From: an uncultured Bacteriovoracaceae bacterium
Lineage (GTDB): Bacteria; Bdellovibrionota; UBA2428
Length of the DNA: 64,000 nucleotides
Direction: 5' to 3'
NCBI GenBank assembly: GCA_964407615.1
Contig: CAYOWH010000001.1
Span: forward strand, 85,171 to 149,170
The notes beneath the pieces are model-generated. The model was given only the letters and a program-made list of their open reading frames with translations. It searched no databases and was not told where the DNA came from. The position numbers and the translations under genes are program-made. Below are positions 1 to 11,900 of the stretch, in pieces. Within the stretch, counting starts at the first letter, position 1, and each line of letters begins with the position of its first letter.

Positions 1-2964
1 ATGATAGATATGTATCGAAATAAAAAAGGTTTAATTTTAGGTGCTGATAAAAAGACAGAACATTTCAATTTGTTAAAAGAATTATTCTATGAAACCGAAT
101 CAGAAGTATTCGAAAAATACAATCCTATATTTGGTACATTCTTTCAAAACCAAGATAAAATAGAAGGATTAAGTGATTTACAATCTAATTTTAAAAATTT
201 AAATTCTCAAATAAAAAAATTAAATGAAGTGATCTCAAAAGTAGATCCTACTGATGCAACTAAAATTGAAACTTTAAATAAAGAATTAAAAACTTTAAAA
301 ACAAATAAACAAAATTTATTAAAAACTGCTCCAGCATTTAAAAAATATTTTGATATTTTAAACAGCAAAGTTGGTGAGTATTCATCTGTTGACATGAATA
401 CTACTGGAAAAAGTAATCTTTTAAATAATTTTTTTAAAATAATTACTGAAGAATTTTTTGAAAATGAAGATAGTATTACTGCTAGATCTAGAAGATTAGA
501 TTTTGATAACGAAATCCATAATTTAATAAAGACAAGAGTATATGATCGGCAAAATACAAAAAACTTTTTAAACTATTCTTTATTAAACAGAGTTGAAGCT
601 ATAAAGGCTTCATATAAAAACAGTCATAGTTTCTTTGCTCCTTTATTAGAGCGTGTTGAAATATTTGGTGCAGAATTCTATCATGCAATGCAAGGTGCAA
701 CTATGCAAGGTGATGAATTCAACACTCTTGCTAGATCTATAGATTATAATCCATTCTTTAGAAGATTAGGTACTGTATTTGCTGGTGGTTTTCTGTTACA
801 TTCGGTATTGACTGGTAGTCTTTTAGGAACAATGGAAAATCCAGGTGAATTAAAAGAAATATATAGTGGTAATAAATTTGTTGATGTTAGGAAAGGTAGA
901 TTTTGGGAAGGTGGTGGTTTACCTTATGAAGGCTCTGATGTTTTGTATTCAAGGCCTCATGCATATCATTTATTAATGACAAGAGCAGAAGAAAAATCTG
1001 TTTGGGGTGAAGAAGACGAATTATACAACCCAATATCTAAATGGTTCTTGAAGAACTTTACCTATCATTTAGAAGAGAAACATTTTTATGATAGACCTTA
1101 TCCTATTTCTGGTGTTGCTTTTGAAAACGTTCCAATATTAGGACCTATCTTAGCTCACACTATTGGTCGCTTAATTAAACCTGCAAAAATAATGCATGCT
1201 AATGAATACATGCGTGTAAATGATAATAATGAATTAGAATATTATTATCCTCCTGAAGTTGGTACTACTAAAGAAATAGGTGGTACAACGCCAAATGGGC
1301 CACCAATATCTCCATATGAAGGGAAATTATTGCCAGGAAAAATTCAGTATCAATTTAGAGAATTAGAAGGTTTAACTGGTTGGGTGAAAAATATGATACA
1401 GAAAACAGTAACAGGTAGAGAAATCTATGGTACTGATTATCCTGTACTAGCTAGTGCAAATCAAATGGACTCTTCTATTGCAGCTTTTTGGGACAAAGAT
1501 TTAGGTGGTATGATGTTTATGTCTGAAGCACTTAGACGTTTATATCCAAGACCAAAAAAAGAAATAGAACAATATAATCCAATTACTAATACGATGCCTT
1601 CTTGGATGCCTGATAAATTTAGAAGAGGCGACCCATATACAAAAATACAAAATGCTTATGCTAGACTACCAGGTGAAGGTTTTGAAGCAGTATTCCCCAT
1701 GCTTCAAGGATTCGAACCTGAAGATTATCCAGATATTTTTAAATATAAAATATTAGCTGATGTGGATCCAACTTCTAGAGAAGTTGTTAAGTTGCGAAAT
1801 CAATTGTATGAAAGAAGAGCTGCTGGAATCACTAGTGAATATGAAAATAAATTAATGGATGTAGTTGCTGAATCTCATGCAAAAGTATTAGGTATGCAAG
1901 AGTTTAAAGGTTATGAAAATCAAATAAAAATACCTGTTTTATCAGATATAACTCAAGCAGGTTATTATCAATTAAAAGAAGGTATTCGAACAGTTGCTCA
2001 ACCTATTGAATCTATTGTTCCTTTTGGGTTTAGACCTGCACAAAAATTACTTGGTGGAGAAAGAGATGCAATTGATCAATATGAATATGAGAGATTGTAT
2101 GGTACACAATTAGCTTTCTGGGATAAACCAATTAGAGACTGGGTTAGACCGGCTTTCTATTCTGGATTAAATGCTTTAGGTTGGGAAGGCAAGCCAAGCT
2201 ATGTACAAGATAGAGAAGCTCTATCTAAACAATATGATCAATTGAACTTCTACAAGTTCATGAATCTTTCTCAGCAAGCGGGTAGCATGTATGAGAAAAA
2301 ACAAATGATGGCACAAGCTGCAAAAACTCGTGCAGGTGTGAATCCTTATGGTGATCCCTTAAGTATCTATATGTCTTTACCTACTGAAGAGAAGAAATTT
2401 TTTGATGCATTTGCAAATGCACAAGGTTCTGAACGAGATAGAATTTTAGAAATGATTCCTGAAGACCAACAACATTTATATGAAGGTCTATGGAGTAATT
2501 TAGATGCAGGTATAGATCCAACTTCTTTAATTGAAGAAAAACCAAAATATGATGAACAATATTTGCAAGAACAATATTCTAATTTAGACATGGGAGAATA
2601 TCCTATGCCAGAACCAGATTGGGTTGGTTGGAATAAAGAAGTTGACATCAATGATATTAAAGTGAATTATGTTGCTTCTTTAGGTGATGAAATGAGAGAT
2701 TATGATCTCTGGGATTCTCAAGTTAGACGTGTAAAAAGACATCATGCTTTAAATAAAGCACATGAATTCATGTATGAAGAATCTTTTTCAAATAGAGGTC
2801 TTGTAGATTCTTTATTGAAATATTCAAATCCTTATGAAAGATTAAATAGTAATTTTACTGTTAATACTACAAGTGATTTTCAAAACCGAACACAATTAAT
2901 GTATAATGATGATAGACAAAACGAAATAAATGCATTGATTAACTCTTATAGAAGTGGATACTAA
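1..2964 (+). CDS. Large hypothetical virion-block protein (987 aa; may extend upstream of the window)
   Basis: Uninterrupted ORF starting at window base 1. One hydrophobic helix (TVFAGGFLLHSVLTGSLLGTM). Its stop context TAATAATGA abuts the start of the next megagene, so both are in one operon. I recognised no family. Confidence 0.6.
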   Translation: MIDMYRNKKGLILGADKKTEHFNLLKELFYETESEVFEKYNPIFGTFFQNQDKIEGLSDLQSNFKNLNSQIKKLNEVISKVDPTDATKIETLNKELKTLKTNKQNLLKTAPAFKKYFDILNSKVGEYSSVDMNTTGKSNLLNNFFKIITEEFFENEDSITARSRRLDFDNEIHNLIKTRVYDRQNTKNFLNYSLLNRVEAIKASYKNSHSFFAPLLERVEIFGAEFYHAMQGATMQGDEFNTLARSIDYNPFFRRLGTVFAGGFLLHSVLTGSLLGTMENPGELKEIYSGNKFVDVRKGRFWEGGGLPYEGSDVLYSRPHAYHLLMTRAEEKSVWGEEDELYNPISKWFLKNFTYHLEEKHFYDRPYPISGVAFENVPILGPILAHTIGRLIKPAKIMHANEYMRVNDNNELEYYYPPEVGTTKEIGGTTPNGPPISPYEGKLLPGKIQYQFRELEGLTGWVKNMIQKTVTGREIYGTDYPVLASANQMDSSIAAFWDKDLGGMMFMSEALRRLYPRPKKEIEQYNPITNTMPSWMPDKFRRGDPYTKIQNAYARLPGEGFEAVFPMLQGFEPEDYPDIFKYKILADVDPTSREVVKLRNQLYERRAAGITSEYENKLMDVVAESHAKVLGMQEFKGYENQIKIPVLSDITQAGYYQLKEGIRTVAQPIESIVPFGFRPAQKLLGGERDAIDQYEYERLYGTQLAFWDKPIRDWVRPAFYSGLNALGWEGKPSYVQDREALSKQYDQLNFYKFMNLSQQAGSMYEKKQMMAQAAKTRAGVNPYGDPLSIYMSLPTEEKKFFDAFANAQGSERDRILEMIPEDQQHLYEGLWSNLDAGIDPTSLIEEKPKYDEQYLQEQYSNLDMGEYPMPEPDWVGWNKEVDINDIKVNYVASLGDEMRDYDLWDSQVRRVKRHHALNKAHEFMYEESFSNRGLVDSLLKYSNPYERLNSNFTVNTTSDFQNRTQLMYNDDRQNEINALINSYRSGY

Positions 2965-2966
2965 TA

Positions 2967-5900
2967 ATGACAAATCCAAGTTTAATTTATAATGTTTATA
3001 AAAAAGATACTGAAGAGCGTCGTGCTTTTGCAAGGAATAGTTTTGATGTTTTAAAAACTATTGGTGGTGCTTCTTTTGTTTTAGGTGCAGGTTATTTAGG
3101 TTTTGCAAATGATAATCCTGATATGAAAAATCCTATCCCTGGTGTTAAGAATTTAACTAATTTTATGAATTCTAGTGGTAGAAAAGAAGACAAACCTTTA
3201 CCTACCAGAAAAATTGGTAAGGCAATTAGAGATCGTTCAATTAGTGATTATCAAGCTAGAACTGCATTAGCTAAAGAGAAAGCTAAAGAAGTAACTTTAA
3301 ATCTTTTTGATGAAATGAGTAATGTAAATGCTAAAGATAAATTAGATGAAATTTTAGCTGCTAAAGAAAATCAAAGAATAACTCATTTATCAGTAATTTT
3401 AGATATGATAAACGATCCAGAATTAAACTTAGACGATGAAGCTAAAGGTAAATTAATTACTAAAGTAAGAGGTGCAATTGAAGATTCTTCTCGAATGAGT
3501 GATGCAGATAAAGCTGATATTGCTGGGTTTTTAGATTCAATTCGAAGTAATAAAACACTTGAAGAAAAATATGTCAGTCTGCATCAAAAGAATTCTAATG
3601 TTGCACATTTAATAGCAACTAGTTCTAAGAGAGCAAATAATGGTGCAAATTCTCTTTTAACAAATCCTTTTGAAACTTTTAGTACTCAAAAAAATGTTAA
3701 TACTATCTATTATAGACAAAATTTAACTGAATCTAGTTTGCAAGATGATGCAATGTGGAGTATTTTTAAAGACAAAAGCAATCAAGTACAAAACACAGTT
3801 TTAAACAGATATAGAACTATAAGTGATCATTTAAGATTAGGTAACAACAATTCAAATTTTAAGATTTCTTTTGATATTATTAAAGAAGCAAACGAAGATG
3901 CATATGGGGTTTATGCAAGAATTAGTTCTACACATAATAGAGCTTCCAATCAGCCATTAATTATACCTTTAATGGCTGCAGAAGGTCAACATGGTAAATA
4001 TGTTAGATTATCTAGTGATTATGGTAATGCTAAAGTTGCACATAATCATTACTTTGATGCAGCAGATTTTGCTGAAGTAAGTAAAGGTCAGAATCTTGCA
4101 GAAAAACAAAAAATAGCCAGAGATATTTTTAATAAAAAAATGCCTACATCTTCTTTTGAAGACTTTGCGATTAATTTATTAAAAACATATTCTAGTAATG
4201 ATCTTCACTATATGAATCAAGCAGAAAGAAATTCTTTTATGGAAGTTCTTTCAGGGTTAACTCAATACTACCCTACACATGGTCAAATGGATTTTGGATA
4301 CACTGGTTTGCAACAAAAACATGGTATTCAGATCATGTCTAATACTGCTTACTTTTTTAATAAAGGAGCTACTGGTGGAAAATTTCCAGTTGATTTAAAT
4401 GAATTAGTAGCTTTAAATATTGGTATATTTGGTCCTGCGCAAGGTCAAGCAGGTACAATTCGAAAAGAATTAAAGAGTACTTCCTTTGAACAACAAGCAG
4501 TGATACTTGACCCAAATGTAGTACTTGGAAAACCTGGTGCGAGTCCTGCTATCATACCTTATAATATAGCAAGAACACATGGTATCAAAGATCAATCGTT
4601 ATTGCCTGGTTCTGCACGTATCGCACAGTTGTTTGCAAAACCTGAAGCTATGCTTGGTTATTTTCCTGCAAATACCAAATTTGAAACATTTGAAGAGATG
4701 CAACAGCAAATTAAAAGTTCAAGTTTTGGTAGAACTGGAGCAATTAAAACTTCTGCAACTAAAGGTAGGGACCTTTTAGTAGTTGGTAAAGAGTTTCAAA
4801 ATTTAGATTTAGTAGGTGCAAATACTGGGATTATTATTGATTTTAATAGTAATGCAAAAAAAGGTCAAAGACTAGGGTTGGCAGATGCTATGCAATATAG
4901 AGGCGGTATGCATTTAATTTCTGAGCCTTTACAGAAATCATTTCAATATACTCAAGGAATGACAAATCTAAGTCTTTATGAATCTGATGTTTTTCAAAAA
5001 ATATTAGCTGGAAAAGAAGTTAATTTATTTGGCGAAGAATTAGAAACTTTCTTTAAAAATTATGGAGATAAAGATGGAAATCTAGTTTTAGGTTTTAAAG
5101 ATAACATGCCTACTTTGATAAAAAAACAAAAAGGTATGATGGGTTTAAAGTTAAAAATGAATACCAATGTCAATACTGAAAGAACTGGTATGTTTAGTAT
5201 TGCTGGCGAAATGTATGGTGCACATGAAGGTAAAATATTTTCTGAAGCTGTTAAAGGTGTTTTCTTTGGTGAAGAACAAATACTTGATGAAGGCGGTATG
5301 AAAAATGTTTTAGCGCAGGCTTTATATAAAAAAGATCCAGTTACTGGAAAATTTATAAATAGAGAAGCTGCAATGTTAGAAGCTAGTCATTTTTTTGAAC
5401 ATACTTATATGAAAACATTTGGTGGTAAAATTGAAAGCACTATAATTGCAGGTATGGATATTGTTACAAAAGGGCCTCAATATGCATCTTCTCTTCTGTA
5501 CGGCTCATTGAAAATGTTAGGTTATGAAGATACTTTTATTGAAAACAATATTTTTAATATGAAAGGTAAAATTCAAGCTGCTGAGATGGATACTAAAGTA
5601 AAACCACATGCAGTTAAATATCAAACAATTATTGCTGAGAATATTATTGAAACATTCTCGAATTTAATAGCAAGTAGTACCAGCTTGCCTACTGTTGCTG
5701 GTGGCAACGCTCAACCAGTAACTCCTGAAGTTTTAGGTAACTTGTTAATTCCTGCATACCACAATTTAAAAGAACCAGCAACTGAACCTGGTCAAAAAGC
5801 TGTTGCGTTTAAAGATCAATTGAAAGGACTTTTAGCAAACACTAAACTTACTAAAGCACAACAAGAAGTAGTTCTTGAAACCGCCGATCGAGGTTTTTTT

Positions 5901-8900
5901 ATTGGTGCATTATCTACTTTTGCAGGTACGCAATCTACTATTAATAAAGACAGAATGGCTAGAGTTGAACCTCGTTTTGCTAACTTTGTTATGGGGAATT
6001 TAATGGGTATGTTTCAGATGTCTGAAGATGAAGCTGCAGAATATATGGCAGAATTATTTTCTAAACAATCTGGCGTTGCTGAAAAAGCACAAGCAATGAC
6101 GCCATTATTATTAATGGGTCAATCATTGCATCCTAGCATGGATCAAGGTGCGTTGAAACATTCAATTGATGATTTTGTTGGTCAAGGTTATTTATTCAGA
6201 GCAGATGAAGAATTCACTAAAAAGTTTTTAAGAGCAAATGTAGACGTTGATTCAGCGACTGCTTTGAGTAATTTTTTAAAAGAACAACAAGAATTAAATC
6301 CTCAAGCTATGGGGTTTGTGTTAGATATTCAACAAATGTTTGCTAGAGGTGTTGAAGGTAATGAAAATATAAATACTGCAGCTTATCAAAGTTTTTTAAA
6401 ACAAATTGGCGAATCTAAAACCGAACTAGTAGTTCCTTTAAGTAATGTATTGGATGTTGTTTCTGGTGTAGAAATTAAAAGTAATCAAAAAGATTTGAAG
6501 ATTGAATCTGAGTTATATAGAAAGGTAAATGATATTTTTGCTTTTTTAAGAGAGTCTGCTGTTTCAACTGAAGAAGTCGATCAAACTAATAAAGTTAATC
6601 AAGCTATGTACCATGTTAAACAATTGCAACATATGTTAGGTGGTATGCAACGACAGATTTTAGCTGGTAGAATGTCTGGTTCTGCAACGCTAGAAGGTAA
6701 GGGCGTTCGTTTAGGTGATCCTGAAAAAGATCAAATTACTAGATTTGTAAGCGATGATTTAGATAATGCTAAAATTCTTCAAAAAATGAATGCAGCTTTT
6801 ATTGAATCTAATGGTTATAATATGTTTTTGGATACGCAAGCATTTATGTATGCTAGTAAAACGTTTAATGCACAAGATCCAACAGAAAAACGAGAATTAT
6901 ATAAAAAGTTTTTATTTGGTATGGAAGAGGATGTCTTGCAAATTTCAGATGGAACTATGAGAATAGTAAATAGTTTAGAAAATGGAAGTTTTAAACCTCA
7001 AGGTATTTCAGGTATAAATTTTCGTAATCCACAACTTGGTATGTCTCACATTGCTTTAAATATTGATATGTATAAATATATCGGAGAGAATCTGCCTGAA
7101 TCTCATTACTCTGATGTATTAAATTATAATACTAGAGGGCAAATATTTTTATCTTCTCTTTCTGAATTCATGGGTAACAATCAAGATTTCAGAAATAAAT
7201 TAGCTAATAGTGGCGGACAAAATGTAATTGATTATATTGATCAATCTAAGAAGGCAGCTGCAGATATTAATGATGCTTTTTCATTTTTAAACTTTAAAAG
7301 TTTAAATATTTTAAATCAGTTAAACAAAACCGGCATATTCAAAGACATGAAGTTTGATTTTCAACAAACTACAATGGAATATTTAACTAGTAAAAAAAAT
7401 AAACTAGAAAGTAACGTTTTTAATTTAAATGAAAGAATTTTCAATTTACAAACTGCATATCAAAGAAATGTAAAAGGTATTGAAAATACTTTAAATTCTA
7501 ATGTAATTTCAAGTTATGAAAATCTTCAAGAAAGAATAGCAAAAGCAAGATTCTTTTCAAATCAAAAGCAACAAAAGCAAGAACGTTTAGCTGGGAATAT
7601 ACAACAAAAACAAGATTTTATTCAAACTTTACGACAACAAAGAAGTGAAATGCTTAAAGGTAATTTTTCTTATACTAGAATAAATAAAGATACTAATGTT
7701 GAAGAATCAGTAGATAGAGTAGGAAAAGGGTTTTTAAATTATTATAAACAAAAATCTTCTAATATAAAAGATATCAAAAATGATAGGAATCGAAGACTTC
7801 AAGCAGGCAGGTTATTAGGTAAGGATTCTAGATATGCTTATAACAGTTTAAACCCTAACATGACGTTAGATAGTACAGGGACTTCTTTTGAAAATGTTGG
7901 AGATCAAATAAAAAGAACTGATGCTTTAGATAGATATTATAGAGGATATGGATATGACAATACTTATGAAGAAGCTATAATTAAAAATTATAAAGAAATT
8001 GATCTTCAATCTCATAGATTAAAATTACTTTTGACGCAAAGTAAACGTAGTAAAAGTAATTTAGAAAAACTAACTAAACAACGTGATTTTCAAAAACTAA
8101 TTATTAATTCTTTTGGTGGACATGAAGAAGAAATTTTAAGTCAAATTGAAGTATTACATCAAAGTGGAAAAAATAAAGGAAAGCCTATGCTTGATAAGTT
8201 TGGTAAACCTATTTATAAAACCCAAACTGAGAAATTTTTAAATTTAACAATCATACATCCTGATTTTCCTATTACAAACAAAGAGATTGTTGAAACTTTT
8301 GGAAGTCATGAATTTTACAATAGAACAAAAATAAAAGAGTTTAATAAAGTATTTGAAAGCATGAAAGATACCATGCAATCAGATGAAGCTAATGCTTTTT
8401 TTAAGAATAAAAAAGCAAGATTAAATTTATTTGATTTCTTATATGAGATGAATAATTCTGATTTAAGTTCTGAAGAAAGAACACAACTTGAAAACAAAGG
8501 ACTTGGTCGTGCTAGAGTTGCTAAAAGATTTATACCATTTATAGATTCTTTAGATGATGATGCTCAAAAAGTTTTTTATGAGCATGATGGATCTGATTTT
8601 TTAAAAGACTCTGAAGGTAACAAAATTAGAAAAATCATAACTTTTGATAGGGAATCAAAAACTGTAACTAGAAACGGCAAAGAAAGAACTTATTCTGGGT
8701 TTAATTATATAAAATATAATATTGAAAATATTGATGAGAATGGAAATTTAATTGATTACGCAGACCCTAATGATCCTAATAAAACTATTGTAAAACATAT
8801 TTCTGACAAAAATAAACAAGTAAGTGTAAATAGCAAAACAGTATATACTTATTTAGAAAATTATATTCAACAATTAAGTAGTGATCCTACCGAACATTCA

Positions 8901-11900
8901 GATTTGAATGATAATCCTATTTACAAAGCATTTTTCAAAATTTTTAATTATAAAAAAATGAATGAAAAAGCTAGTAGTATTAATAAAGAAATCAAAACAT
9001 TACAAGAAGCATATGTTCATTTTGGGTATTCTCCTGCACTAGCTGAAGATGTCATACAAAAAGGATTAAATAGATTTTTAAATGATTCTAAACTGTATCG
9101 AGAATCATTAAAAGAAAATTTAAATTTAAAGCGTCCAATAAGTCCTACTGAAATAAATAGCCAAGCTATTAGTGATATTTTTGCATTGCAAGATTTTGGT
9201 TTACAACAAAATAGAACTTTAGGAGTTGATACTGATCAATTAGATTTATTAGAATTGCCTAGATTTTTACATGAAATCAAAGATGATTTTGCTGAATTAT
9301 TATTTACTTCGGATCATTTTAAGCGTGATGCATCAGATAATTTTACAGCAATGACTTATGATGAGAATGGAAAATTGATACCATTCTCAAAATTACATAA
9401 ACAAGAAAAGAAGAAAGCGATTGAAAGTTTGTTTTCTTTTGTAAAAACATTAATGGAAGATCCAATTGTTCCAACCACAAATCATTTTCATGCAACTTCA
9501 ATGCTTTTTGATCTATTAGAGAATCTAAAAGAAGGTAAATACCAAGATCAAATAACTAATACAAGTAATTCTGAAGCAAAAATTCAAGAATTTACTTTAA
9601 AAAAACAATTTGTAGAATCAATGATTCAAGGGAAAACAAAAGGTGCAAATAACTTTGTAAATTCAATGTTATATTATGCACAATCTATAATTCCCAAAAT
9701 GCTCATACGGGAAGAACAAGAAATTTATCAAGCTCGTAAAGATTTTCTTCAATCGTTTTTTAGCGATGAATATGATTATCATGTTGTTGATGATGAAGGT
9801 AAATTTGTTAGAAATATTACAGATTCAGACGAAGACAAAGCTTTAATTAAAGCTTTTCAAGATAATTTAAAACAGAATCCAGATCAAACAACTTTTGGTA
9901 AAATATCTGCTACTCGATTAATGAAACCTTTTGAAGAGTTAGATGATGATCAAAAAGAGTTTTATAAAAATCATTTAGAGAATAAAGTAGAAGAGGCTTT
10001 AGGTGAAAAACAAAAGAAAGCACTTTCTAAAGTAAAAATAAACAAAGGTTATGAATTAGGACCTGATGGAAAACCTGATAAAACGAAACCTATTTATTAT
10101 GATGAAAGCAAACAATACAGTACTTTAGAAGAATTAGATAAAGATATATCTAAATACGAAGCAGAAGAAAGAACAAAATATAAAGTAGGGCGCATTAATA
10201 AAAATACTCAGTTAATTAAAGAAGAAGAAGATAAGTTAGCTACTTTACAAGAAAAAGCAAAAGAAGCTAGACAAGAAAGAATTAATATTGATTTATCTAT
10301 TGATGAATTAGAAAATAATGGTCTAAGTCGAAAAACTAGTGCAAATTTCTATTATGAAGAATTAGCTTCTGATTTTGATGAGTATGATACTGATGGTAAT
10401 ATAATAAAAAAGGGAGAACTTAAAGATTTAGCAAGAGATACTGAAGGAAAGGTGATACTTGATTCAGAAGGTAAACCTACATACGTTAATGCACTTGATG
10501 AAGTGGGGATGCCAATTACTTCTAGACAACCAGAAACTTTTCTAGGTAAATCGAATATAATTTTAGGATTAGAAGCTTTTACTGAAGAAGAAGAAATTAA
10601 TTTAACTAAATATAATCAAGAAACTGATGAATCAGAAATTGTTTATAAAACTAATTACGATCCTGAAACAGGTACACATATACCAACTGATGAACCAGAG
10701 AGAATAACTGTAAAAAAAGTAAATAAAGATTTATTAAAGAACTTTATTCGTGCGCATAATTATTTTACAGAAATGGATGAACTTATTTATCATGATTTTT
10801 ATCATGAAGAAGATGAAGCATATTATGTAGAGCATGATGATGTACGTACAAAACAAGAACAATTATTGGAAAAAGTAAGAAATAATGAAGACAATCTTTT
10901 GCAAAAATTAGACGATTTTGAAGATGGAAATACTGAAAGATTACTTTATAAACCAATTCTTCGTTCACCGGGAGATATGGATTTAACAACTTTAGAGCAA
11001 AATGAAAAAATTGAAAAATTACAAGGTTTTATAGAAGAAGAAAATGCTAAAATATCAGAGATAGATAATAAAATAGCAAATGTAGATTTAAATGAAGAAA
11101 AACAATATCATAGTTTAGATGATATTATTAATGAAGCTGTAGATCTATATGATCAGAATTATACAAGAGCTACTGGTTTAGGTGCTGGTAGAGCAGTGTA
11201 TCCTGAATTTGAAACTACTTTTAAATTTGAAAATACAAAAGATCCATCTAATACTTTTGATATAAAAGTACGTACAGATATATCTAGAGCTGCAGTTGGT
11301 GACTTTGACGGTGATATTTATCAAATCATTTTAAATAATGAAAAGACTAGTAATGCATTTAAGGGACAGATACAACGCAATGTAAGAGAAATGCAAAAGA
11401 CTGGTGCAATGATGGTCGTCAACATGGAGATTGCAAAGAAAGCAATGTCTAAAGTTGCAGAAAGAATGGATGTCGCCAATATTACTTACCAAGATTTATT
11501 AAAATCAGAATCTTCAAAAGAAAGAATTCTTAAAGCTGGTACTGGTTCTGTTGACGTTGCCGTTAAAAAAGTAGCAGTTGGTGCAGCTTATAATTTAGCT
11601 AAAGGAAATATGAATTTAAATGATTTTAGAAAAACAGATTTAGCAGCACAATTATTGATTTCTGCTTCTCAAGAATCTGTTGTTATTAAATCTAAATCAC
11701 TTGATTTAGCTACAAACATTGGTGAATTATTTACTCAAACATTAAATGAAGCATTTAAAACAGGTGATACAACTAAATTTGAAACATTTATGAGAGATAC
11801 AGTTTTTAAAGATACTGATTTCTTAAATGATTTGATGGTAACAAAAGTCAGTGTAGAGAATATGCCAGAGCCATTAGCTAGTGCATATACAGAAGGTTTA